Source: a virus
Lineage: Duplodnaviria; Caudoviricetes
Direction: 5' to 3' (one strand)
IMG/VR virus record: IMGVR_UViG_3300035670_000220
Location: 1-60,828 of that record
Length of the DNA: 60,828 nt
Shown: one piece after another, positions 51,309-58,323 of the stretch
Numbering within the stretch: position 1 is the stretch's first letter
How the letters are laid out: each line of letters opens with the position of its first letter
Program-made: the position numbers and the translations under genes
The notes under the pieces: model-generated
Databases searched by the model: none
What the model saw: only the letters and a program-made list of their open reading frames with translations
Told to the model about the DNA's origin: nothing

Positions 51309-51797
51309 TTAGTTGGTGTGTCTCTGAAGACTCCTCTGCACACCATAATAGAGCGGAGCAGCCGAACTAAGTCCCATGAACTTAGCGAGGTTCGAAAGAG
51401 AAATACCAGACATGTATTCAGACCTAAGTTGGTCGTGATACTCGTTTGTGCCCTTCTCCTTGGCAGAGCGTACTCGTTCCGCAGCTGCCTCGATGTTTTG
51501 TTCCTTAAGTCGAATCTTTGGCTTGACATCGGAGACGGCGATGTTGCTCATTGCAACACGACGACGGACTCCTGCGTAAGCGACATTAATTCGCTTGGCG
51601 AGCAAAGGAAGGCTTCCTCCTCTGTTCTGAAATTCCTTCAGAAGTTCGGTGTATTGCTGGCTTGCCTTGTGCTCTGCTGTGTCTTGGTTGCGCCGTCCAT
51701 AAGCCTTCTTTGCCAAAGGCAAGATTGGCTCAATCTTGGCTGCATATTCTTCTACGAGCTCTCGGCTCATGTATCTCTCCATTATTGTCGTTACCAC
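51309..51797 (-). CDS. Tandem-HTH DNA-binding protein; candidate terminase small subunit or regulator
   Basis: Two HTH-like repeats (GGSLPLLAKRINVAY; GISLSNLAKFMGLS) directly upstream of terL; start may be ATG 51782 or 51770. Confidence 0.6.
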   Translation of the reverse strand: MVTTIMERYMSRELVEEYAAKIEPILPLAKKAYGRRNQDTAEHKASQQYTELLKEFQNRGGSLPLLAKRINVAYAGVRRRVAMSNIAVSDVKPKIRLKEQNIEAAAERVRSAKEKGTNEYHDQLRSEYMSGISLSNLAKFMGLSSAAPLYYGVQRSLQRHTN

Positions 51798-51874
51798 CGC
51801 ATGTCCCTAGGTATAAAAGATAGCATGAAAAGCTAGAAAAGCCAAGTTTGGCCCTAAATTTATTTCCCTGACTT

Positions 51875-52072
51875 TTAGTCCTTGAAATCCCAGACTTCGA
51901 TGCTTTCCTCTTGCTCAACAAGCCAGTTGTCTTCTTTTGCTTCTGCTTCAGCCTCAATACGAGCAAAAAGAGACATTAAAGACATAAAGGTTAAAACCCC
52001 CGCTCCCAGAAGGGTCAGTACGACAACGGCAAAAACTCCCAGAGCCAGTACTAGCTGTCTAATAACTTCCAT
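51875..52072 (-). CDS. Small membrane protein
   Basis: ~30-aa hydrophobic N-terminus, acidic tail, GAGG SD. Confidence 0.7.
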   Translation of the reverse strand: MEVIRQLVLALGVFAVVVLTLLGAGVLTFMSLMSLFARIEAEAEAKEDNWLVEQEESIEVWDFKD

Positions 52073-52099
52073 AGTCGTTCCTCGTCATTTCTTTTTAGA

Positions 52100-52282
52100 T
52101 AAACCGCTGCTGCTGCCACGGTTGCCTCACCATCAACGACTGATTGCGGGTCAGTCTCTGGATGCAGCTCTCTGGACCACCTCCTAAGACGCACTGCCAT
52201 TAGAGTCCTAAATCAGACTTCCGATTTACGAACCTCCTGACTTGTCTTTGGAGTTCCAGCGGTAGGAGTTTTATTTCCTAGC
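52100..52282 (-). ncRNA. Putative structured non-coding RNA (multibranch)
   Basis: Closing helix ACCGCTG/CAGCGGT enclosing several nested stems; a G-U pair favours the minus strand; TATACT -10 at 52287-52292. Confidence 0.55.
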
Positions 52283-52294
52283 CGAAAGTATAAA

Positions 52295-52978
52295 TCAGTC
52301 AGAGCTTGACGATTTGATTTTCTCTCTTTCTATACCTGACAAAACGCTAGAAACAGTAGACGCATACCAGCGTTTACCCCCGTGAACAGTGGGAATTCCT
52401 TCGGAATTCAAAGTCTCAGCGATATTTCGAAGTGACACGCCAGCGTCTCTCATAGTCGCAATTTTTGCTTTTGTATCGTCTTCAACCTTTGACTTGGGGC
52501 CGATATCCACACCCCAAACCTTTCCGTTGTCCCTTCGGTCTTTGTGGACATCCTTTTGGCGCAGAGAAATCATTCCTCGCTCCATTTCTGCCATCGCAGA
52601 CATAACAGTCACAACAAATCTTCCCTGATAGGTGGCTGTGTCCAGACCGAGGTCGAGCATAGCAAGACGCCATCCGTTCTTATGTGAGCGGTCCACAATG
52701 CTAAGAAAGTCGCGGGTAGAACGGGCAAGTCGGTCAAGACGAGTTACATAAAGTGCTTGCGCTCTTCCCTCATCCAAATCAGAAAGTGCTTTTGTCAGAA
52801 CTGGTCTACCTGTAATGCTTTTACCAGAGCGACCTTCCTCACGGAGAATAACTGCCTCATACCCAGCCGCTTCAGCTGCAGCGATAAGTTGCTTCTCCTG
52901 TGCGCCAAGGCTAATTCCATCTTCCACCTGCATCTGTGTGGATACTCGCGCATAGCAATAAGCAATACCCTCAGACAT
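52295..52978 (-). CDS. Serine recombinase (resolvase/invertase family) with C-terminal DNA-binding segment
   Basis: YARVST..Q catalytic Ser, SGK...RP.L, RLDRLAR, AEMER; C-terminal SLRNIAETLNSEG...W. Confidence 0.9.
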   Translation of the reverse strand: MSEGIAYCYARVSTQMQVEDGISLGAQEKQLIAAAEAAGYEAVILREEGRSGKSITGRPVLTKALSDLDEGRAQALYVTRLDRLARSTRDFLSIVDRSHKNGWRLAMLDLGLDTATYQGRFVVTVMSAMAEMERGMISLRQKDVHKDRRDNGKVWGVDIGPKSKVEDDTKAKIATMRDAGVSLRNIAETLNSEGIPTVHGGKRWYASTVSSVLSGIEREKIKSSSSD

Positions 52979-53204
52979 CATTTTCCTTGTGGTAGTTCGA
53001 ATAACGAACACTTGCATTAGCTTGGTCAAGTAGTTCGTTGGGACACGCATCTACAGAAGGTTCGTATGTGTTACCACAGTCAAAGCACTCCCACGACATG
53101 TCAAGAATTGCTTTTTGGTAACCCTCATTGAATCCGTGTAGATGTGTCCAATACTCAGAAAGACGCTTTTCCTCTTCTGCTTCCTTAACTTTCTTCTTAC
53201 TCAT
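52971..53204 (-). CDS. Small Zn-ribbon protein
   Basis: WECFDCG...ACP; ATGA overlap with thyX. Confidence 0.65.
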   Translation of the reverse strand: MSKKKVKEAEEEKRLSEYWTHLHGFNEGYQKAILDMSWECFDCGNTYEPSVDACPNELLDQANASVRYSNYHKENDV

Positions 53205-53926
53205 GGGCAGACTCTTCCGTTCTTCAGAAATGCAGCGTGTGTCACTGGCATGTGATACTCAAAGATTTCCTCATACCTCTCAGCCACCATCTCGATTTCC
53301 CGTTGGGGGTAGGAGGGGTAGGTGGAGTTGTCGTCTTTGATTCTCAGAGAAAGAAAGTTCATCAAAGCCCGAGCATTCATCGTGACGTAAGCCGACGAGT
53401 AGATGGTCACGGGAAGAACACCGCGAGCGACTTCACGAGCAACTCCGTTGTCCAACATCATCAAATAACTCTTGTAAGCGTGCTCGCAAGACATTTGATA
53501 ATGACGAGTTACAACAGCGTGCTGAAGAGGTGTTCCATCTTCAAACGTGTAACCACCGGGCTTTCCAACCTGAACAAGCTTCCGCTCTGGGCCAGGTACA
53601 TAGAACTCTGGTTCAAGGACTCGGTAGCGACCAGACTCTTCGTTGTAAGAGGCAGTTCGATGACGCATGTGCTCCCGCCAGACAAAAATGGGAGCCTTGA
53701 CGTAGAAAGTAAAGACAGAGTGCTCGAACGGGGTTCCGTGGCGCTCCCTCATCAAGAAGTTGATGAGACCTTTGTCCTTCTCCGATAGCTCGTTGTTCTC
53801 AAGTGCTCCGTAGTCACGAGTGCGCTCTCCCTCTGTGCTAACCCGAGCGGAGAAGACGACATCCATGTCTTCGGCACTGCACTTGACGAGTTCTACTTCT
53901 ACATCAGACCTATAGGTCAGATTCAT
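53201..53926 (-). CDS. thyX: Flavin-dependent thymidylate synthase
   Basis: HGTPFEH, RHRTASYNEESGRY (RHR-x7-S), REVARGVLP, N.RAL.NF..LR. Confidence 0.95.
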   Translation of the reverse strand: MNLTYRSDVEVELVKCSAEDMDVVFSARVSTEGERTRDYGALENNELSEKDKGLINFLMRERHGTPFEHSVFTFYVKAPIFVWREHMRHRTASYNEESGRYRVLEPEFYVPGPERKLVQVGKPGGYTFEDGTPLQHAVVTRHYQMSCEHAYKSYLMMLDNGVAREVARGVLPVTIYSSAYVTMNARALMNFLSLRIKDDNSTYPSYPQREIEMVAERYEEIFEYHMPVTHAAFLKNGRVCP

Positions 53927-54185
53927 CTAATACGCCCTCGTATTCTTTATGTAGGTTCTTTAGTCGTTCTTCCTCTGCCATAGTCGAAGCAGCCTCGAAT
54001 GTCTCCGAAACTGCCAAGATGGCATCAATAATCTCGTGTGAGTTACTACAGCACCAAGTGTCGTAGTTAAAAGACACTTGAACAATAAGTTCACCAGTGT
54101 CTCGGTCAAAACCAGCAAAGTCGATGGACTTCAGTCGAAGCCTCTCTGGACTCTGGGGCCTAGGTTCTCTGTATGGGCTTCCCAT
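53910..54185 (-). CDS. Hypothetical protein
   Basis: TAATG-coupled to the upstream gene. Confidence 0.65.
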   Translation of the reverse strand: MGSPYREPRPQSPERLRLKSIDFAGFDRDTGELIVQVSFNYDTWCCSNSHEIIDAILAVSETFEAASTMAEEERLKNLHKEYEGVLDESDL

Positions 54186-54385
54186 TAGTCAACTGCTTTA
54201 AGAGTTGGCTTCTTCGGTTCCTTAGCCTTACCGCTTGCAGCGCGAAATGCATTGGCGAAAGCCCGAAGCATCCCGTAGAACAGCAGAGCGATAAAAAGAA
54301 TCACGAATGCCGCGACCAAAGCTCCAAGACCCCACAGAGCCGCTTCTAGAGCGAACCTAAAGGGCGCAAGCCAGTCGATATCCAT
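54185..54385 (-). CDS. Small membrane protein
   Basis: Long hydrophobic helix, basic C-terminus, AAGGGG SD. Confidence 0.7.
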   Translation of the reverse strand: MDIDWLAPFRFALEAALWGLGALVAAFVILFIALLFYGMLRAFANAFRAASGKAKEPKKPTLKAVD

Positions 54386-54561
54386 ATGTTTCCCCTTCCT
54401 TACTGGGATTTTGTCTCTCTAGAGTATACAGACTTAGACTCAAGAATGTACAACTTAGAGCGTGTTTATAATGTTCAGATATTGTACGCTACGGGCGATT
54501 TTCGTACAATTACAAACCCAACAAACGCAATAGTCCCCCCTCGAAGTTGCGTTTATTGCGT

Positions 54562-54948
54562 TTAGACCAAAAAACTCTTTATCTGGCGTCCGTCCAGTAC
54601 CACAGGAGCCCTTCCGTCGTGCCAGACCCAGAAACCTATAGGCATGTTGGGCTGGTTCTCTAGAAAGTGGTCCCAGTGGTGATGTCTGGTCAGTCCAGCG
54701 ATGGGATTGACATCGTTATGACCTGTTTGGTTAGCCTTGGCTGTTCTAGGCCACCTGACGAACCTCCCCCTGAGGGTGGTGGGGCATCCCTGCTCTGGGT
54801 ACTCGACCCTAAGGATGACATTGAAGAAAAGCTTCCCTGAGCCAACTTGTTTGAAAGATGTTTGCTTCTTCTCGCCAAATCTAACGTAAGTCCAAGTTCT
54901 CGGCTTTATCGTCTGTTTGTCTCTTCCCGATTCTGTCTTAGCCAACAT
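54562..54948 (-). CDS. Hypothetical protein (beta-rich, basic)
   Basis: AGGAG SD; 128 aa; no function recognised. Confidence 0.65.
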   Translation of the reverse strand: MLAKTESGRDKQTIKPRTWTYVRFGEKKQTSFKQVGSGKLFFNVILRVEYPEQGCPTTLRGRFVRWPRTAKANQTGHNDVNPIAGLTRHHHWDHFLENQPNMPIGFWVWHDGRAPVVLDGRQIKSFLV

Positions 54949-55005
54949 GCGTGGCTCCTAAATGCACTACTGAGTAGAGGAATTTCCTCTTCCACCTTTA
55001 TACCC

Positions 55006-55230
55006 CTATTTGTGGGTTTGTGGGAAAGTGGGCATTTGGGCAACGACCTCGTGTTCCCTCGAAATGCGATTTTCCGGGGTCTCGTTCCCTTTATAGAGCC
55101 GTTCTAGGTCTCGGCGCTTCTTCAAGTAACAAATGGCGTTGATGATTGCTTCTGCCTCTTTGTCCCTTTTTGATGTTTGGTAGGACAGGGACAGGATGTT
55201 GAGGTCAGCAATGATGTCGTCAAAAGTCAT
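55006..55230 (-). CDS. Hypothetical protein (74 aa)
   Basis: Start re-placed at the ATG that ends the repeated motif (MTFDDIIADL...). Confidence 0.65.
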   Translation of the reverse strand: MTFDDIIADLNILSLSYQTSKRDKEAEAIINAICYLKKRRDLERLYKGNETPENRISREHEVVAQMPTFPQTHK

Positions 55231-55372
55231 TTTTCCGGGCTCCCTTTCCGTCACTCATAAGGAGGCTGCTCTGAAATACAGCCAAGGGGCGGATAATTTT
55301 GCTGATGAGGTGGGCAAGGTAACCCCTCCATGAGTAGGTTCTCCTGTGCCTTGATTCTTTTCTAGATTTCAT
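55220..55372 (-). CDS. Small basic protein (50 aa), absent from the ORF track
   Basis: Hand translation MKSRKESRHRRTYSWRGYLAHLISKIIRPLAVFQSSLLMSDGKGARKNDF; its ATG ends a copy of the repeated motif. Confidence 0.5.
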   Translation of the reverse strand: MKSRKESRHRRTYSWRGYLAHLISKIIRPLAVFQSSLLMSDGKGARKNDF

Positions 55373-55392
55373 TTTTCCGGGCTCTCGTTCCG

Positions 55393-55800
55393 TTATTGTT
55401 TGAATTTGAGGCGACGAAGAACGTCATCCACCCGAACAAGTCTCCCGATGGAGGCGTTGGTGTTTTCGTTGTGGATTGGTTGGCGTGTTTCAGGGGGGTC
55501 AACCTCGCGCATCAACTCCTTGAGGGCTTCGGTTCTAATGATGATGAACCCGTCACCCGTTGGGGATGCCTCCACCCACCACTTTGCCTCCGTGATGTTG
55601 ATTCCCGAAAGAATCTCGTAGTCGCGGTTGTATTGGCGAGTTTCGATATAAAAGTTGCCAGTCTCGGCTGCTCGGTAGTCGGTCTTTACCTCGTGCAGTC
55701 CTTCTAAGACATCGGCAAGAAACTCTTCGTGGGAGTTCTCTCCGACCTTGCCCCGTTGAAAGTCAACGTCGAACTTGGGGCTGTATCCGTCATTCGTCAT
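55393..55800 (-). CDS. PD-(D/E)XK-like phage nuclease-fold protein
   Basis: G..GE...EVKTD...TGNFYIE...SGI..TEA pattern; leaderless TAGTAT-N6-ATG. Confidence 0.6.
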   Translation of the reverse strand: MTNDGYSPKFDVDFQRGKVGENSHEEFLADVLEGLHEVKTDYRAAETGNFYIETRQYNRDYEILSGINITEAKWWVEASPTGDGFIIIRTEALKELMREVDPPETRQPIHNENTNASIGRLVRVDDVLRRLKFKQ

Positions 55801-55910
55801 AGAAAAATACTACCAACGAAGATAGTATCCCTCAAGATACTTTCATAAAACGAAAGATATCTTTCATTATATGAAAACGTGATTTTCCGGGGTCACGCTC
55901 CGTAAACACC

Positions 55911-55942
55911 AAACCCCCCTGCAGATGAAACTACAGAGGGGT
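55911..55942 (-). terminator. Intrinsic terminator-like hairpin ending the putative ncRNA
   Basis: Minus strand ACCCCTCTGTAG-TTTCAT-CTGCAGGGGGGT then TT; the G-U pairs form only on the minus strand. Confidence 0.6.
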
Positions 55943-55949
55943 AGGGGTG

Positions 55950-56123
55950 AGTAGGTGGGTTGCTTTTTACCACCACGGCCTAGCCAACGGTCCAGTAGTA
56001 CCGCTTTGAGCCGACCTGTCGTTCGGTCGCTAACCACCCCGCTAGGGGCCGACAGTGCGTTTCTCCCCCATTGGCAGTGGGAGCGATTCCGCCATACTCC
56101 AGCTCTCCCGTCGGATTGCTGTT
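55950..56123 (-). ncRNA. Putative independently transcribed structured RNA with a pseudoknot
   Basis: Own promoter and terminator; stems CCGACGG/CTGTCGG, CTCCCA/TGGGGG, GGCC..TAGC/GCTAGGCC, GACC/GGTC, AGCGGT/ACCGTT, GGTGG/CCACC; TGGCGG can pair with loop CTGCCA. Confidence 0.7.
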
Positions 56124-56130
56124 AAAAAGA

Positions 56131-56159
56131 AAAATAACTTCAAAGAAACAGAAAGTCAA
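56131..56159 (-). promoter_or_regulatory. Promoter for the 55.95-56.12 kb RNA
   Basis: Minus strand TTGACT-N17-TATTTT; predicted start near A56123. Confidence 0.65.
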
Positions 56160-56172
56160 GCTTTTTGGGGTG

Positions 56173-56262
56173 AAGACCTAGTACTTGCTTTCGCTTTCCC
56201 ACCTGCGCTGCCCCAAGGCGTTACTCAGGTCGTCCCAAACTTTCGCTCTGCAGGTTGGTCTT
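56173..56262 (-). ncRNA. Putative compact structured RNA downstream of the tRNA-like element
   Basis: AAGACC/GGTCTT closing stem, ACCTGC/GCAGGT, two C-GAAA-G tetraloops and a GAA/AGTA loop-E-like motif. Confidence 0.55.
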
Positions 56263-56287
56263 GTGGACTCTACAGTAAAGGGCCTAA

Positions 56288-56359
56288 GCGCCGCGTCAAG
56301 GAATTGAACCCTGCTAATCGGTTTTGGAGACCGATTTCCTCCCAGAGGCCACGACTTGC
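56288..56359 (-). tRNA. tRNA-Trp(CCA)-like element with defective acceptor stem (pseudo-tRNA)
   Basis: Anticodon arm ATCGGT-CTCCAAA-ACCGAT, T arm CAGGG-TTCAATT-CCTTG, short D arm CCTC-TGG-GAGG; acceptor strands GCAAGTCGT/ACGCGGCGC have four central mismatches; no encoded CCA end. Confidence 0.7.
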
Positions 56360-56367
56360 TTTTTTAT

Positions 56368-56376
56368 TGTAACACT
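56368..56376 (-). promoter_or_regulatory. Extended -10 promoter for the tRNA-like element
   Basis: Minus strand TGTTACAAT just upstream of G56359, separated by an A-run. Confidence 0.6.
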
Positions 56377-56908
56377 ACTGGTGAGGGTTTTTTGGAAGAG
56401 AGCCATCTTTTCGCGCACTTGGCTGGCGATACCAAATTCTTTCAACCAGCTCTGTAGTCGAATAACTGTGCTTTCGGGAGTTGTAATAAATCTCGATGTC
56501 GTGAGCCATGCAGTACTCCTTGCCCGTGAAGTCCTTTCCTGCGTACTCTTCCCCAACGATGCGGACATTAAAATCAAGAGTCTTGATGAGATTAAGCAAG
56601 TCGTCTTCAGTCTCGTAAACAATAACTCTGTCTACATACTTGACTGCCTCAAGTTGGATTTGGCGCTCCACCAGAGATTGAATTGGTTTGCGCTTTTCTT
56701 TTGGTCTGTCGATGCTGGGGTCAGTCTGCAAACCAACAATGAGATAGTCACACACCGACCGTGCCTCTTTGAGCATCAAAATATGACCTGCGTGGAGGAG
56801 GTCGAAAGCGGAGCAAGTGAAACCGACCTTGGGTTCGCCCCACCGCTTCAGTTCGTCAAATAAGTAGTTAGCGTCTTCGCCTTCATAGCCGAGTGCTGTC
56901 AAGTCCAT
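56375..56908 (-). CDS. Cytidylyltransferase (TagD/RfaE-like, HxGH family)
   Basis: FTCSAFDLLHAGH, LIVGLQTD, KPIQSLVER, YSTT; start re-placed at the ATG of the repeated motif. Confidence 0.9.
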   Translation of the reverse strand: MDLTALGYEGEDANYLFDELKRWGEPKVGFTCSAFDLLHAGHILMLKEARSVCDYLIVGLQTDPSIDRPKEKRKPIQSLVERQIQLEAVKYVDRVIVYETEDDLLNLIKTLDFNVRIVGEEYAGKDFTGKEYCMAHDIEIYYNSRKHSYSTTELVERIWYRQPSARKDGSLPKNPHQ

Positions 56909-56970
56909 TTTTCCGGGCTCTCTTTCCGTCCCTAATGTCAAAACCGTACCAGTTTCGGTACTGTTTTTCC

Positions 56971-57150
56971 ATGAGCAAGTTTGGGTGGTGCATGGATGGC
57001 AACGATGAACGGTGCCGAGTCCATTATATTGACTGGAACAACGAAGTGCGGGAATGCTCCTGTTCGTGCCACGAAGGCAAACCAAAGCCTCCTTTGCCCG
57101 AAAGAAAGGCAGTTGTGGAAAAGCCAATCAAGGGCAGGAAGAAGAAGTAA
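56971..57150 (+). CDS. Small Cys/His-rich protein with basic tail
   Basis: MSKFGWCMDG...C...CSCSCH; leaderless TACTGT-N6-ATG. Confidence 0.65.
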   Translation: MSKFGWCMDGNDERCRVHYIDWNNEVRECSCSCHEGKPKPPLPERKAVVEKPIKGRKKK

Positions 57151-57160
57151 TGTGTAATAC

Positions 57161-57328
57161 ATGCTTGAAAAAACGCCGATGGCAAACGAGTGCTACAAGC
57201 GGTTTTTGCACCTGGAGCTAAAACGACAAGAAGAAGTTGTTTTGTCCTTGGAGGCCAATTTGCGAATGGCCCGCCAAAACCTCGAATGGCTTCGTGAAGA
57301 AATCGAAGAATCAAAGTCCGAGTCTTAA
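57161..57328 (+). CDS. Small coiled-coil protein (55 aa), absent from the ORF track
   Basis: Hand translation MLEKTPMANECYKRFLHLELKRQEEVVLSLEANLRMARQNLEWLREEIEESKSES; fills the gap. Confidence 0.5.
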   Translation: MLEKTPMANECYKRFLHLELKRQEEVVLSLEANLRMARQNLEWLREEIEESKSES

Positions 57329-57363
57329 AACTCACAAAACCCCGCAAATAGTAATCTTGATGC

Positions 57364-58077
57364 GTGCTGCATGAGTGGAAGCTGGACGGAATAACCCGAA
57401 ACTTTGGGGACGCTCTCTGGGAAGTGATTCTCCCCGAGGCGGTTGTTCGCGACCTCGAAAGCGACTCCGAGCACATGTACTTCCCTATCGGAAGCGTTAT
57501 CTGTAACCAAGTTATTCTAGAGACACTTGGTCTTGGCCTAAAACCAGTTTTTATTAACTGTGGCTGGAGAGGCGAAGAATTAGACCCAGAGTTAGTTGCT
57601 GAATGCGACTTTATCGGCGCTCGCGGGCCATACACCCAGGGTGAGCTAGCTAATCACGGTGTGGTTGTCGAGGTAACTGGAGACCCAGCCTACAAACTGC
57701 CTAGTTTGATTGAGAAGGGTTCACCTAACGCTCTTGCCATTGTTGTCAGGCACATCGAAGACCAGTCGGACTACAACCAAGACTCCATCTTTGAACTCAA
57801 GGCTGATGCGATATTCAGCCCTGTTGTTGAGACAAAAGAAGACATTATTGAGTTCATCCAAACAATCTCGGGGGCACGCTTTGTGCTTGCTGGCTCTATG
57901 CACGCCGCGATTGTGGCGCACGCTTATGGGGTCCCCTTTGCTCCAATGTTGGGGCATGACAGTTATGTCAACTGTCCAGCGAAGTGGTGGGATTGGTTTG
58001 CAGCCAATGACTTAGGTCAGCCTTACTTTGCCAAAGATATCGTTGATGGCAGAGCATGGCACAGACAACAGTTCTAG
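57364..58077 (+). CDS. Polysaccharide pyruvyl transferase-like protein
   Basis: NFGDAL, IGSVI, ARGPYT, GDPA and SMHAAIVAHAYGVP motifs (ExoV-like). Confidence 0.82.
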   Translation: MLHEWKLDGITRNFGDALWEVILPEAVVRDLESDSEHMYFPIGSVICNQVILETLGLGLKPVFINCGWRGEELDPELVAECDFIGARGPYTQGELANHGVVVEVTGDPAYKLPSLIEKGSPNALAIVVRHIEDQSDYNQDSIFELKADAIFSPVVETKEDIIEFIQTISGARFVLAGSMHAAIVAHAYGVPFAPMLGHDSYVNCPAKWWDWFAANDLGQPYFAKDIVDGRAWHRQQF

Positions 58078-58092
58078 GGGTAAACTGAAGAG

Positions 58093-58323
58093 ATGGACGA
58101 GCCAATTTGGGAAAGCACTATTTCCAACTTCTACACCTTTAAGGTGATGCCTCTTGGTGAAAACATGCACCGAGGAATGCTGGAGATTTGGCACACCGAC
58201 AGTGGAGAGCTTCGGTATCAGAAAGAAGTTCCGATTAATCGAATGCTGGAAAACGGCGCAGATGACAAAATCTTCCGAGAATGGCAGAAGGTTGTTGTCG
58301 ATTGGGTTAAGAACAAATCTTGA
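58093..58323 (+). CDS. Hypothetical protein
   Basis: Leaderless TAAACT-N6-ATG; 76 aa. Confidence 0.7.
   Translation: MDEPIWESTISNFYTFKVMPLGENMHRGMLEIWHTDSGELRYQKEVPINRMLENGADDKIFREWQKVVVDWVKNKS

Noticed and set aside
51882-52187. 101-aa plus-strand ORF across the structured RNA candidate
   Set aside because: It is antisense to a membrane protein gene with an SD, in a minus-strand region.
52295-53050. Serine integrase implying a prophage boundary
   Set aside because: About 227 aa with no Zn-ribbon/coiled-coil domain; phage genes lie on both sides and no host genes are present.
56215-56250. Hammerhead ribozyme (CTGAGTA and GAAA on the minus strand)
   Set aside because: The core is CUGAGUA rather than CUGANGA, and the GAAA sequences are hairpin tetraloops in the wrong arrangement.
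56240-56288. Theta/HDV-like ribozyme directly after the tRNA
   Set aside because: I could not build the nested double pseudoknot by eye; a covariance-model search is needed to exclude it fully.
56055-56863. Plus-strand ORFs of 105 and 179 aa and a minus-strand 102-aa ORF
   Set aside because: They overlap the RNA elements and the cytidylyltransferase and have no recognisable motifs.
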